This document shows positions 53,104 through 64,000 of a stretch of 64,000 nt of DNA, in pieces. Numbering within the stretch: position 1 is the first letter of the stretch; each line of letters starts with the position of its first letter. The translations under genes were made by a program, and so were the position numbers. The stretch comes from Octopus vulgaris. Lineage: Eukaryota. The DNA is taken from the NCBI GenBank assembly GCA_951406725.2, contig OX597831.1:35402001-35466000 (forward strand), written 5' to 3'. The notes beneath the pieces were generated by a model. The model was not told the origin of the DNA and searched no databases. It saw only the letters and a list, made by a program, of their open reading frames with translations.

Positions 53104-53989
53104 GTAGGTAGGTAGGTAGGTAGATAGATAGATAGACAGAGAGATAGAGAGAGAGAGAGAGAAAGGGAGAGAGAAAGAGAGAGAGAGAGAGCTTTAATGT
53201 GCTACTCCATCTGCTAGAAATAGTAGCCCAAGTACACTCTTCTTTAACAGTTCTCATTTCTTTTGGGTTCATGTTACCCTGAAGCTCAAATAACTACAAA
53301 GACAGGAAAAGAAAGAGAGGTTCTTTGTTGTTGTTCCAACTGCTAAAAATAGTAGCCGAGTATATTTTTCTTCAATGATTCTCAATCGTTTTGACTTCAT
53401 GTTACTCTGAAAATCAAAAAGAACCCAACAAACGTAACTTTCTATGTGGTTGTTCAAACTGCTAAAAATAGTAACTAAATTATACTCTTCTTTAGTTGCT
53501 CTCAATCATTTTGACTTCATGTTACTCTGGAAATCAAATAGGAGTGCATTGACACATTTTGCTATAATTCTTTTTCCTTTTTAATCTATTAGTCTGTGAG
53601 GAAGGTGGTACACATGGCTCTTAACATTTCCGAGACTAATGGGAGGGTGGCAAGGAGGATGGTACCTTCAGACTCAAGACCTGGCACCGAAATGCATGCA
53701 TGCAAAAGAAAAGATTCTGCTGATAAATACCTGAAGAGGGTACCAGATGGCAGTGGTATGAAACTGGGTGACGAATTCATGCAACCACTCAGGCAGGCCA
53801 TGGTGGAATTGTAACATAGAGTATAAAAACCCAAAATAAATATTACCAGGTATCTGATATGATATTCTTACACTTTTGCCATTCTTACAGCAGTGAATTT
53901 GCAGAGATTTTGGAGTTTCAAACAAAATGATATTCAATTCTATATTGGTTTGATGAAGAATTCATATTATGTATACTGTTTATATTAGC

Positions 53990-54270
53990 CAGACCGGTGT
54001 CCTCATCTTGATTATTGCTTTCACTACATTTTGGCTGTTGTATGCTCCAACCTTCTGGTGTCTTGTGTCAAACTTAGTTCTTGCATTGGAATTTCAAAAC
54101 CAACTTTCTTTGATCTGCTGGGGTACGCTGTTCTCATTCTACATTCTGTTTCATGACATTTTTTGTGAATTCTCCTTAGTGCCTTACCTGGGACTGAACT
54201 CAGAACCTCTAGGTGACTGTACTGCATCAACTAATGCCTTTATCCACTATGCTGTGTCCCTGGGCAGTGA
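53990..54270 (-). mobile_element. Diverged relative of family C (tRNA-like head plus PLE tail)
   Basis: Shares gtgtcctcatcttg...ttttggctg...ccaaccttc..gtgtcttg with the family C tail. Ends in the reverse complement of a tRNA-like head (gactgaactc...ccactatgc). Confidence 0.45.
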
Positions 54271-54567
54271 CAATAAATGATATTCATATTTGTTCTGACA
54301 TTTTTATGTTCTGAGTTCAAATCCTGGTTACCACACACACACTAGCACTGACCACTTCCCAGCACCCACACCACACACACACGCTTGCACATTCTCACAA
54401 ACACACACACACACACATGTGCACCTTCGACTTGGGATCACCAATACTTTATTATCTCCCCTATTTTCAACCTCTTCTGTCAAACTTTTTATCTAATCAG
54501 TCACATGCTTGACCGTTAAATTCACAAGTTTTATTTTTATTTTCTCTCTTTTTATTTTCTCGTATTC

Positions 54568-54603
54568 CTTTCTGCTTAGGAGCATAGGCTCGAAATGTAA
54601 AAG
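54568..54603 (+). ncRNA. Degenerate hammerhead motif, family A second copy
   Basis: cttt-ctgctta-g-gagc(atag)gctc-GAAA-tg-TA-aaag, followed by the same downstream sequence (actttttcacttt/cc.gagcat...cacctgtcttc) as positions 40-100. Confidence 0.5.
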
Positions 54604-54678
54604 ACTTTTTCACTTTCCTGAGCATCAAACACCTGCTTATTGTTCATACACCTGTCTTCGTCTTTCTATAAATTTCAT

Positions 54679-54722
<44 letters not shown>

Positions 54723-55029
54723 TATATATATATGTACAATAGGCTTCTTTCAGTTTCCATCAACCAAATCTACTCACATGGCTTTAGTCAGCTTGAGGCT
54801 ATAGTAGAAGACACCTGTCCAAGGTGCCATGCAACAGGACTGAACCTAGAATCATGTGATTGGGAAGCAATCTTCTTACCACACAGCTACACCTGCATCT
54901 ATGAAATTTATAATTTTATTTCTTAACAAAGCCTCAGCATATTGTGGTAACCATAGTAACTTAGTGGCTAACCTTTTATGAAAATGATGCAGTTTTTCTT
55001 TTTTTTTTTTCTTTATATTTTATTGACAG

Positions 55030-55130
55030 GAAGAGGAGAATGTGATTGTGCCCATCCATGCTTATCCAGTGATGAAGACTGATTCTTTACCAGAAAGCTA
55101 CACATTCCCTCCAACCGCCATTGGGGAAAA
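55030..55130 (+). CDS. CFAP221: Internal coding exon of CFAP221
   Basis: Acceptor ttttattgacag and donor GTAAGT, 101 nt, phase 0/2. Encodes EEENVIVPIHAYPVMKTDSLPESYTFPPTAIGE, containing the CFAP221 'VPIHAYPVM' motif. In frame with the 46161 exon. Confidence 0.92.
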
Positions 55131-55416
55131 GTAAGTCAACAACGACTTTTCACTGTTTACTTGTTGTTGTTGTTGTTGTTGTTGTTGCTCTGCTGCTGTC
55201 GTTGTTGTTATTGTTGTTGCTGCTATTGTTGTTTTAGCTGGTGCTGCTGCTGTTGCCATTGTTGTTGTTGTTGCTGCCACTGTTGTCTTTTTGTTTGTGC
55301 TGCAGTTGTTCTTGTTGTTGATGTAGCTGTTGTTGTTCTTGCTGCTGCTACTGCTGCTGCTGCAACTGTTGTTGATGTTTCTGTTACTGCTTCATTTTCT
55401 TCTCGGTCTCTGTTTC

Positions 55417-55448
<32 letters not shown>

Positions 55449-55608
55449 ATTCGCACCAGTCTTCTGTTCTCACTAATAACCAAAGTTAATGGTAGCATTT
55501 CATTCGCTTTTCCTTTTTTCACTGCTTAATGGTTTTGCATCAAATTTCTTATATTTGCATGTGTTGATATATATATATATATATTATGGAGATGTACTTG
55601 CATAGCGA

Positions 55609-56010
55609 GTGACTTGATCTGAGATCGTGTGCAGGAACGAAAACAATTGCAGCGTGGAAGGTGTTTATAAGCCATTTAAGAAACACACAAAAACCGTTAT
55701 AATCACTTCCACATTTAAATTTAATTTGTCAAAATATTTTCGTCACTTTGAGACCACGACCTGTTCACTGACAAAACTTTGTGCATCACTTTGAGACCAC
55801 GACCTGTTCACTGACAAAACTTCGTGCTGCATCAGCACGAAGTTTTGTCACTGAAGAGGTCACAGTCTCAAAGCGACGAAAATATTTTGACAAATTAAAT
55901 TTAAATGTTGAAGTGAATATAACAGTTTTTGTGTGTTTCTTAAATGGCTTATAAACACCTTCCACGCTGCAATTGTTTTCGTTCCTGCACATGATCTCAG
56001 ATCAAGTCAC
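55609..56010. repeat. ~400-bp fold-back element carrying a hammerhead motif (family D)
   Basis: Near-perfect inverted repeat with apex near 55830. The + arm 55844-55894 reads tttgtca-CTGAAGA-g-gtcac(agtctcaaa)gcgac-GAAA-atat-TT-tgacaaa. The left arm has an internal ~43-bp tandem duplication. Confidence 0.75.
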
Positions 56011-57470
56011 AGAGCAGGTTTTACAGCCACATCATCAAAACTAACCAGGTGAAACCAGGCTTAGCTGCTAGTATATATACATATGTCATCATTGTGAAGA
56101 CATGTGGCTTAGTGGTTATGGCATTTGGCTCACGATTGTAAGGTCCTGAGTTCAATTCCCAGTGACGCATTGTGTCCTTGAGCAAGACACTTTATTTCTT
56201 ATTGCTCCAGTCCACTCAGGTGGCAAAAATGAGTTGTACCTGTATTTCAAAGGGCCAGCCTTGTCACACTCTGTGTCTTGCTGAATCTCCCTGAGAACTA
56301 CGTGAAGGGTACACGTGTCTGTGGAGTGCTCAGCCACTTGCACATTAATTTAATGTGCAAGCTTTTCCGTTGATCATATCAGCTGGGATCCTTGTAACCA
56401 ACAGAGTGTTCCTTATCATTATCATCATGATCATCATGATCATCATCATCATCATCATCATCATCATGATCATTATCATGATCATGATCATCATGATCAT
56501 CATCATGATCGTCATCATCATCATCATTTAACGTCTGTTGTCCATTCTGGTATGGGTTCGATGGCTTGAGCAGAGCAGGCAAACTGAAGAGCTGCACCAG
56601 ATTCCAGTCTCATTTAGCGGGGTTACTATGGCTGGATACCCTTGCTAACACCAAACACTTTACAGAGTGTGCTTTTACATGACACCACACGGGTGTTTTT
56701 ATGTGGCTCCACATTAGCACATTTATGTTCTGTGACACAGGTGTTTATCGCCATGAATGCATTACACCACCAGAGGGACCGGTCTTAATACTTCTGCTGT
56801 GGAATATATATGTAGGCCTTATCCTTTTGAATAAGATAACCCTGAAGATACCTGGACACTTTGCTGTTATTTTTTAAATCTGAAACTATTAACATGGTTC
56901 GAATATTTCCAAGCACTTTTCACATAGTGACCAGATTGAAACATGTGTAGGCACCTCTTATACATACTGTATTTTATTTTATGTTTATGTATGTTCATTT
57001 AAATTTTCATCATCATCATTTAACGTCTGTTTTCCATGCTGGCATGGGTTGCACAGTTTGACTGAGGACTGGTGAGCCAGAGGCTGCACCAGGCTCAATC
57101 TGATCTGGCAAAGTTTCTACAGCTGGATACCCTTCCTAACACCAACCACTCCAAGAGTACTGTGGGCGCTTTTACATGCCACCGGCACCAGGGCCAATCA
57201 GGCAGTTCTGGCAATGACTACACTCAAAGGTGTTTTTACGTGCTACCTGCATGGGAGCCAATGTGGCGGCCCTGGCTCCCATGCAGGTTGATAAATTAAG
57301 TTGATAAATTAAGTACCAATGAAACACTGGGATCGAATGTAATCAACTCATCCACACCAAGCTGTCCTTGTGGCAAAAATTAAAAATAATTATTATTATT
57401 AGTAGTAAGATGTGAGCTACCAGAATCGTTAACATGCTGGGTAAAATGCTTAGTGGTATTTCACCTGTCA

Positions 57471-57705
57471 TAAAAGGCGGCGAGCTGGCAGAAACGTTAG
57501 CACGCCGGGCGAAATGCGTAGTCGTATTTCGTCTGCGTTACGTTGTGAGTTCAAATTCCGCCGAGGTCGACTTTGCCTTTCATCCTTTCGGGGTCGATAA
57601 ATTAAGTACCAGTTACGCACTGGGGTCGATCTAATCGACTTAATACCTATGTCTGTCCTTGTTTGTCCCCTCTGTGTTTAGCCCCTTGTGGGTAATAAAG
57701 AAATA
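57471..57705 (+). mobile_element. SINE family S2, young copy nested in an older S2 with a 16-bp TSD
   Basis: ggcggcgagctggcagaaacgttagc...gagttcaaattcc...aaagaaata. TSD ggtatttcacctgtca at 57455-57470 and 57706-57721. Confidence 0.9.
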
Positions 57706-58773
57706 GGTATTTCACCTGTCACTGCATTCTGAGTTCAAATTCTATCAAGGCTGACTTTGCTTTTCATCCTTTTGGGGTCGATAAATTAAGTACCAGTTAC
57801 ACACTAGGGTCGATGTAATCAACAAGTCCCACCAACCCCGAAAATGCCAGACCTTGTACCTATAGTAGAAAGGATTATCATTATTATTATTTGGTAGCTA
57901 TTTCTAGTGGGTTAGTTGACCACTCAGAAGTCCTACCTCTGCTGTTATTGTTACAGCTGTTGTTTTCACCTTAAGAAATATTAACAGCAATGTGATTATC
58001 TCTTCTTGTTAATTAATTAAAATTCTTTTGAAGTTTTATGATTTTTTTCTCCTCTCTGCGTGTGCGTGTCGGGTTCTTTTGAATAATTTTTTTTCTGTTT
58101 TATTCTTTTACTTTTCTTCTAAAATACATTATTATTTTATTTTTGCTTGTCTTTTTATTCCGTTTCAATGCAACAAATTTCTAATTTCTTACACCTTTCT
58201 AGCTTCCTCCCCACCCCCAACTCTTTTCTTTATTTTTTTCTCTTTGTGCATTCAAAGTTTTCGATGTTTGGTTTGAAAAATCAGAAAAACTTTTTTTACC
58301 CCACCAAAAAAGAGGTACGTAGTAACAACCATTGTCCTCATCATATTTTAATCTTGCTTTACCATGATCATGATCAGCATCATCATCATCATTGTCATCA
58401 TCCTCATCCTCATCATCATCATCTTCACCACCGTCTTCTCCGCCATCACCATTCCCATCATCATCATCATAATCATTATTATCATCTGCAGCAGCATCAT
58501 AATCATCAGCATCATCATCATCTTCACCAACGTCATCTTCACCATCATGATCATCATCATCACAATTGCCATCATAATTTTCACCACCACCACCACAACC
58601 ACCACAACCACCACTACTGCCGTTATTGTCAACCACTTCAACATCATCGTCATCATCATCATCAACATCATCATTACCACCACTACCATTATCACTCCCA
58701 CGAAGATGATAAATACAAAAACAAAATCAGGTGAGGGTGGGGTTTACATTGATCAAAGGAAGATATCACCACA

Positions 58774-59469
58774 TTAACCCTTTTGTTACCATATTTCTGT
58801 TGAGATGTTCTGTGTTTATTTCAATTAATTGTAAACATAACAAGAAATTTAGTAAAATAACTTAGTTATCATTAAGCTAGAGTTAGGAATGTAAATTGTT
58901 ACTAATGTTTGGTGGAAGATTTTAATTCAGAACTTACAAAAACAAGACATTTGTACTACAGAGCTAGAGGTGATTTAAAAATATCATGGTGACTTTAACC
59001 CTTTTGTAACTGTATTTATTTTGAGATGATCTGTATTTCTTTCAATTTATTCTGAATATATCAAAGAATTTAGTAAAATAACTTAGTTATCATTAAGCTA
59101 GTGTTAGGAACATAAATTGTGACTAAGGTTTGGTGGAAGGTTTTCACTCAGAACTTATGAAAACAAGACATTTGTACTACAGAGCCAGAAGTGTTTTCAG
59201 CTGGGTTGGTATCGAAAGGGTTAAAAATATGGTGACTTTAACGCTTTTGTTACCATATTTCTCTTGAGATGCTCTGTGTTTTTTTCAATCAATTTTGAAT
59301 ATATCAAAAGATTTAGTAAAATAACTTAGTTATCATTCAGCTAGCAGTAGGAACATAAATTGTGACTAATGTTTGGTGGAAGATTTTCACTCAGAACTTT
59401 TGAAAACAAGAGACATTTGTACTACAGAGCCAGAGGCAATTTCAGCTGGGTTGGTATCAAAAGGGTTAA
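58774..59469. mobile_element. Three tandem copies of a ~225-bp piggyBac-like MITE
   Basis: Units begin TTAA-cccttttgttacc and end ggtatcgaaaggg-TTAA (59224, 59469). A diverged solo copy lies at ~43933-44161. Confidence 0.75.
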
Positions 59470-60873
59470 GGAATATAACAGAGGATATATAATAGAAATT
59501 AAAGAAGAAAATAATAAATAAATCAACAATTAGAATCCCCAATAGCGGGGCAGTCTACTTAGGGTAATTTGGGTTAAACCCCTGTTAAAATTCCCAGATT
59601 ACTCTGCCATCTGCAAAGCATAGGTAAGTTTCTTTCCTCCTGTTTAGAAAACCACACTCAGAATTGGTCCATTCGGTCTCATCAGTCTTGCCACTGTTGA
59701 CCACCTTTTGATAAACACGCTAGAGGACAGAACCTCCACCACAACCCCCACCTTCCCCTTCAAATGACAATAATATTAATCCTTTCTACTAAAGGCACAA
59801 GGCCTGGAATTTTGGGGGAGGGGACTAGTCGAATACATCGATCCCAGTACTCAACTGGTACTTAATTTATTGACCCCTGAAAGGATAAAAGGCGAAGTTG
59901 ACCATGGCGGAATTTGAACTCAGGACATTGTGACAGGCAAAATACTGCTAAGCATTTCGTCCACCATGCTAACAATTCTGCAAGCTCGCCTCCCTCAATG
60001 ATAATAATAATAATCCTTTCTACTATAGGCACAAGGTCTGAAATTTGGCAGAGCGGGATAGTCAATTATATCGACCCCAGTACACAACTGGTACTTAATT
60101 TATCAACCCCGAAAAGATGAAAGGCAAAGTTGACCTCGGCGGAATTTGAACTCAGAACGTAGCAATGGCCGAAATACCACTAAGCATTTCATCCAGCACG
60201 CTAATGATTCTGCTAGCTCGTCACCTTCAAATGACAATAATAAATATGATAATTTTTTAAATTTTGGCACAATTTCGAAGAGGGTGGGGTGGGTGCGCAG
60301 GTAGATTACATTTCATATAATATTTAATTGTGGAGTTTGATGATAATGTTCATAGTGGTGGTGGTGGTGTATGTGGTGATGTTGATGATGATGATGGTGG
60401 TGGTGGTGGTGGTGGTAGTAGTAGTGATGATGGTGATGCTGATGGTGGTTGTGGTGGTGGTCATGGCAATGATGGTGTATGTGGTGGTAGTGATGATGAT
60501 GATGATGATGATGATGATAGCAGCAGTGGTGTTGTTGGTGGAGGTGGTGATGATAATGATGATGGTGGCAGTGGTAATGGTGGTGGTGGTGGTCATGGTG
60601 ACATTGGTGGTTTTGGTGATGATGAGCTGCTGCTGTTGTTGTCGTTGCTGCTGCTGCTCATTTTTATTGTTGTTCTTGACAACAGTGATGTTTTACATAA
60701 ACTATAGTGTTGTTTGTGTTGTTGTTGTTGTTGTTGTTTCAGTCTCCAGGTCATCCCCAAATGTCTAGAGCCAACCTTTAATCCAAAGTATTCCATCCAC
60801 GACCATCACATCTTTTTCCCTGTGTACAAGCAACGCAAGAACACAAGACCACATCATTCAATGCATACTCTTC

Positions 60874-61542
60874 TTATTTCTTTATTGTCCACAAGGGACT
60901 AAACATAGAGGGGACAAACAAGAACAGACAAAGGTATTAAGTCGATTACATCGACCCCAGTGCGTAACTGGTACTTAATTTATCGACCCCGAAAGGATGA
61001 AAGGCAAAGTTGATTTTGGCGGAATTTGAATTCAGAACGTAATGGCAGACAAAATACCACTAAGCATTTCGCCCGGTGTACTAACGTTTCTTATTTCTTT
61101 ACTGCCCACAAGGGGCTACACACAGAGGGGACAAACAAGGACAGACAAACGGATTAAGTCAATTATATCGACCCCAGTGCGTAACTGGTACTTACTTAAT
61201 CGACCCCAAAAGGATAAAAGGAAAAGTTGACCTCGGCAGAATTTGAACTCAGAACGTAGTGGCAGACAAAATACCGTTAAGCATTTCGCCCGGTTTGCTA
61301 ACGTTTCTATTTCTTTACTACCCACAAGGGGCTAAACATAAAGGGGACAAAAAAGGACAGACAAATGGATTAAGTCGATTACATTGACCCCAGTGCGTAA
61401 CTGGTACTTAATTTATCGACCCCGAAAGGATGAAAGGCAAAGTCGACCCCCGGCGGAATTTGAACTCAGAACATAACGGCTGACGAAATACGACTACGCG
61501 TTCTGCCCAGCGTGCTATCGTTTCTGCCAGCTCACCGCCTTT
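60874..61542 (-). mobile_element. Head-to-tail trimer of SINE S2 bounded by one 18-bp TSD
   Basis: Three S2 units. TSD attcaatgcatactcttc at 60856-60873 and 61543-61560. Confidence 0.9.
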
Positions 61543-62609
61543 ATTCAATGCATACTCTTCAAAGATAGTAAGGTGTGATTTGAGGGTGGTTTGGCTGCTC
61601 TTTCTAGCAGATCACCTGTCTATGTAGAGGCCTACTTCATTGGCTTGTTTTATTGTTGTTGCTTTCACTTCACACTTCACTAATAATTCTATTGACTGGT
61701 GTTTGTTATTGTTTTTGTTCATGTAATGTTATAGTTGTTGTTATTGTTATTCACTTTTAATGTAATTTGTATAGCTTTCATTTTATTGTGGCTGTCATTA
61801 TTGATGCTTTTCGTTACCAATATTTGATCTTAAGTCTGCCATTAGTGTCCTTGTTGTGGCTAATTTTCAATTGATATTAAATTTCCTATTGTTGTTGTTG
61901 TTGTTGTTGCTGCTGCTGTTGTTATTATTGTTATTGTTGCTGTTGTTGTTGTTGTTGTTGTGGCAAGCTGGCAGAATTGTTAGCACGCCAGGCGAAATGC
62001 ATAGCTGTATTTCGTCTGCCGTTACGTTCTGAGTTCAAATTCCGCCGAGGCCGACTTTGCCTTTCATGCTTTCGGGGGTCGATAAATTAAGTACCAGTTA
62101 TGCACTGGGGTTGATATAATCGACTTAATCCGTTTGTCTGTCCTTGTTTGTCCTCTTTGAGTTTAGCCCCTTGTGGGTAGTAAAGAAATTGGTACCATGT
62201 CTTGCCGTTATGTTCTGAGTTCAAATTCCGCTGGGGTTGACTTTGTCTTTCATCCTTTTGGGGTCAATTAAACAAGTACCAGTTATGCATTGGGGATTGA
62301 TGTAATCGACTTAATCCCTTCCCCCAAATTTGAGGCCTTGTACTTCCAATAGAAAGGATTGTTATTGTCGTTGTTGTTGTTGCTGATGTTGTTGTTGTAG
62401 CAAGCTGGCAAAATCATTAGCACACCAGACAAAATGCTTAGGGACATTTCATCTGACTATGCATTCTGAGTTCAAATTCCACCAAGGTCAGCTTTGTCTT
62501 TCATCCTTTTTTGGGTTTGCTAAAATAGTACAAGTTGGGCACAGTGGTTGGTGTAATTCCCTAGTCTCTTCCCTCAAAATCTCAGGTCTTGTTCCTATAG
62601 TTGAAAGGA

Positions 62610-62641
<32 letters not shown>

Positions 62642-62867
62642 TATTACTATTACTATTACTATTATTATTATTACTATTATTCCATGCAACAACAATAGTA
62701 TCACCACCATTGCGCCTCCCCCCTCCTCCACCACCACTGCCACCGCCACTGCCGCTGCCACCACGGGGTCAATAAATTAAGCACCACTGAAACTCTGGGG
62801 TTTATGTAATCGACTAGTTCACCCTCCCCACAAATTTCAGGCCTTGTGCCTATAGTAGAAAGGATTA

Positions 62868-63625
62868 TTACATCCGCCTTAGTGAAGGTGGAGGTATTGT
62901 TTTCAGTTGTGTTTGTTTTTTTGTTTGTCTGTGGACAAGATATCTCAAGAACCGCTGAATGGATTTGAATGAAATTTTCAGGGATGTTTGGCCTTGTGAC
63001 TGGAATGGTCTCATTATATTTTGGGATCAATCCAGTACCGGACAAGGATTCTGGATTATTTTTCCAATTCTTTTTATTTTAGATGTATATGTAAAATTTC
63101 ACATAGTTCTCTTGTACATGCACACACATATACTCACACATTTTCAGCATTGAACATTACCAACCCATTTCCATTGTATACACACACACACACACATGCA
63201 TGCGTGCACATATACATCACTTTTACACACGCACACATGCACAATTCAAATGCCATTTATCGGCTTTTTCAAGCCTTCTTTCATTATTCAACTACCACCC
63301 CTTCCTCTCTCATTCATATGACACTCTCTTTGCCACTTCGTTTCCTCTTTTACTTTGTCATTACTTTCTCTCACTCCCTCTCAGTCATGGCTATTACACT
63401 CACTACTTTTCCTTCACTGTATTAGTATTTCATCTCCTCTCCCTTCACCTCTCACTCAATATATATATATATCTGGATTATTTTTCCATTTGAGAGTGAA
63501 TGGGTTCATTTTTAGTATTTGCATTTCTGAGAGCAGTCTAGTTTATTTCAGATATTCTCATTTTAAAAATCATCTCCAGCTAATTGTTGAGATGATGTTG
63601 GTGTTGTCTTGGTGGAGGTTTTGTT
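62868..63625 (+). mobile_element. Second HINE-like copy with internal insertion
   Basis: Same 5' hairpin and core as 47829. The 3' part (gggttcattttt...tttaaaaatcatct) resumes at ~63500. Confidence 0.55.
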
Positions 63626-63644
63626 GTTATTATTATAGCATATT

Positions 63645-64000
63645 ACCTGCCAATGTATGCCACTAGCCCAGAAGGAATATAAGAGATACCACAACAATAT
63701 AGTAAGGCTGTCCACTGGACACTTTGCAACAAGTATGGACATGACAGAGCAAAAAATTGGTACGACCACAAACCCGAAGGCATCATGGAAAATAACAATG
63801 CAAAGAGCCTATGGGATTTTATGATTCAGTGTGACCATGAGATAGAGAATAGGAAGTCATACATAGTCTTGAGAAAGCAAACAAACTATACTGGATCATA
63901 GATATAGCATGCCCAGCTGACAACAAAGTATGTGATAAGGAAGAAAGAAAAGTCGATAGATATGACAGGTTAGCTTGGGAGGTTAAGCAGTTAAGGTCGA
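63645..64000 (+). mobile_element. R4/Dong-clade C-terminal restriction-like endonuclease region (runs off the window)
   Basis: LAQKEYKRYHNNI...HWTLCNKYG...WYDHKPEGIMEN..AKSLWDFMIQCDHEIENRK..IV...IIDIACPAD..V.DKEERKVDRYDRLAWEVKQL. Confidence 0.85.

Noticed and set aside
53596-53814. 72-aa complex ORF
   Set aside because: No recognisable motif or splice sites, and the flanking CFAP221 exons join without it. Probably a decayed element.
58147-58777. His-rich and Asp/Gly-rich ORFs
   Set aside because: (CAT/CAC)n microsatellite, open in several frames on both strands.

Overview
AT-rich, microsatellite-saturated animal genomic DNA. The SINE/LINE repertoire suggests an octopus (cephalopod) genome, which is an inference. 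The only host gene I can support is CFAP221/PCDP1 on the + strand. It has three in-phase GT-AG exons (14051-14241, 46161-46256, 55030-55130) separated by introns of about 31.9 kb and 8.8 kb, and none of them is cleanly called by the ORF track. The rest is intronic repeat: several tRNA-derived SINE families, decayed R4/Dong, Hero, RTE and Tx1/L1 LINE pieces, Penelope-like (PLE) fragments, a full-length decayed Buster-type hAT with TIRs and an 8-bp TSD, a decayed mariner, piggyBac-like MITEs and HINE-like elements. The most notable signal is at least four unrelated repeat families carrying minimal type-I hammerhead ribozyme motifs, mostly in fold-back (palindromic) insertions. One family couples a tRNA-like Pol III head to a hammerhead tail and also flanks a Penelope RT/GIY-YIG fragment. 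Nearly all ORF-track entries are microsatellite or SINE read-throughs. All family assignments come from motif recognition, not database searches.
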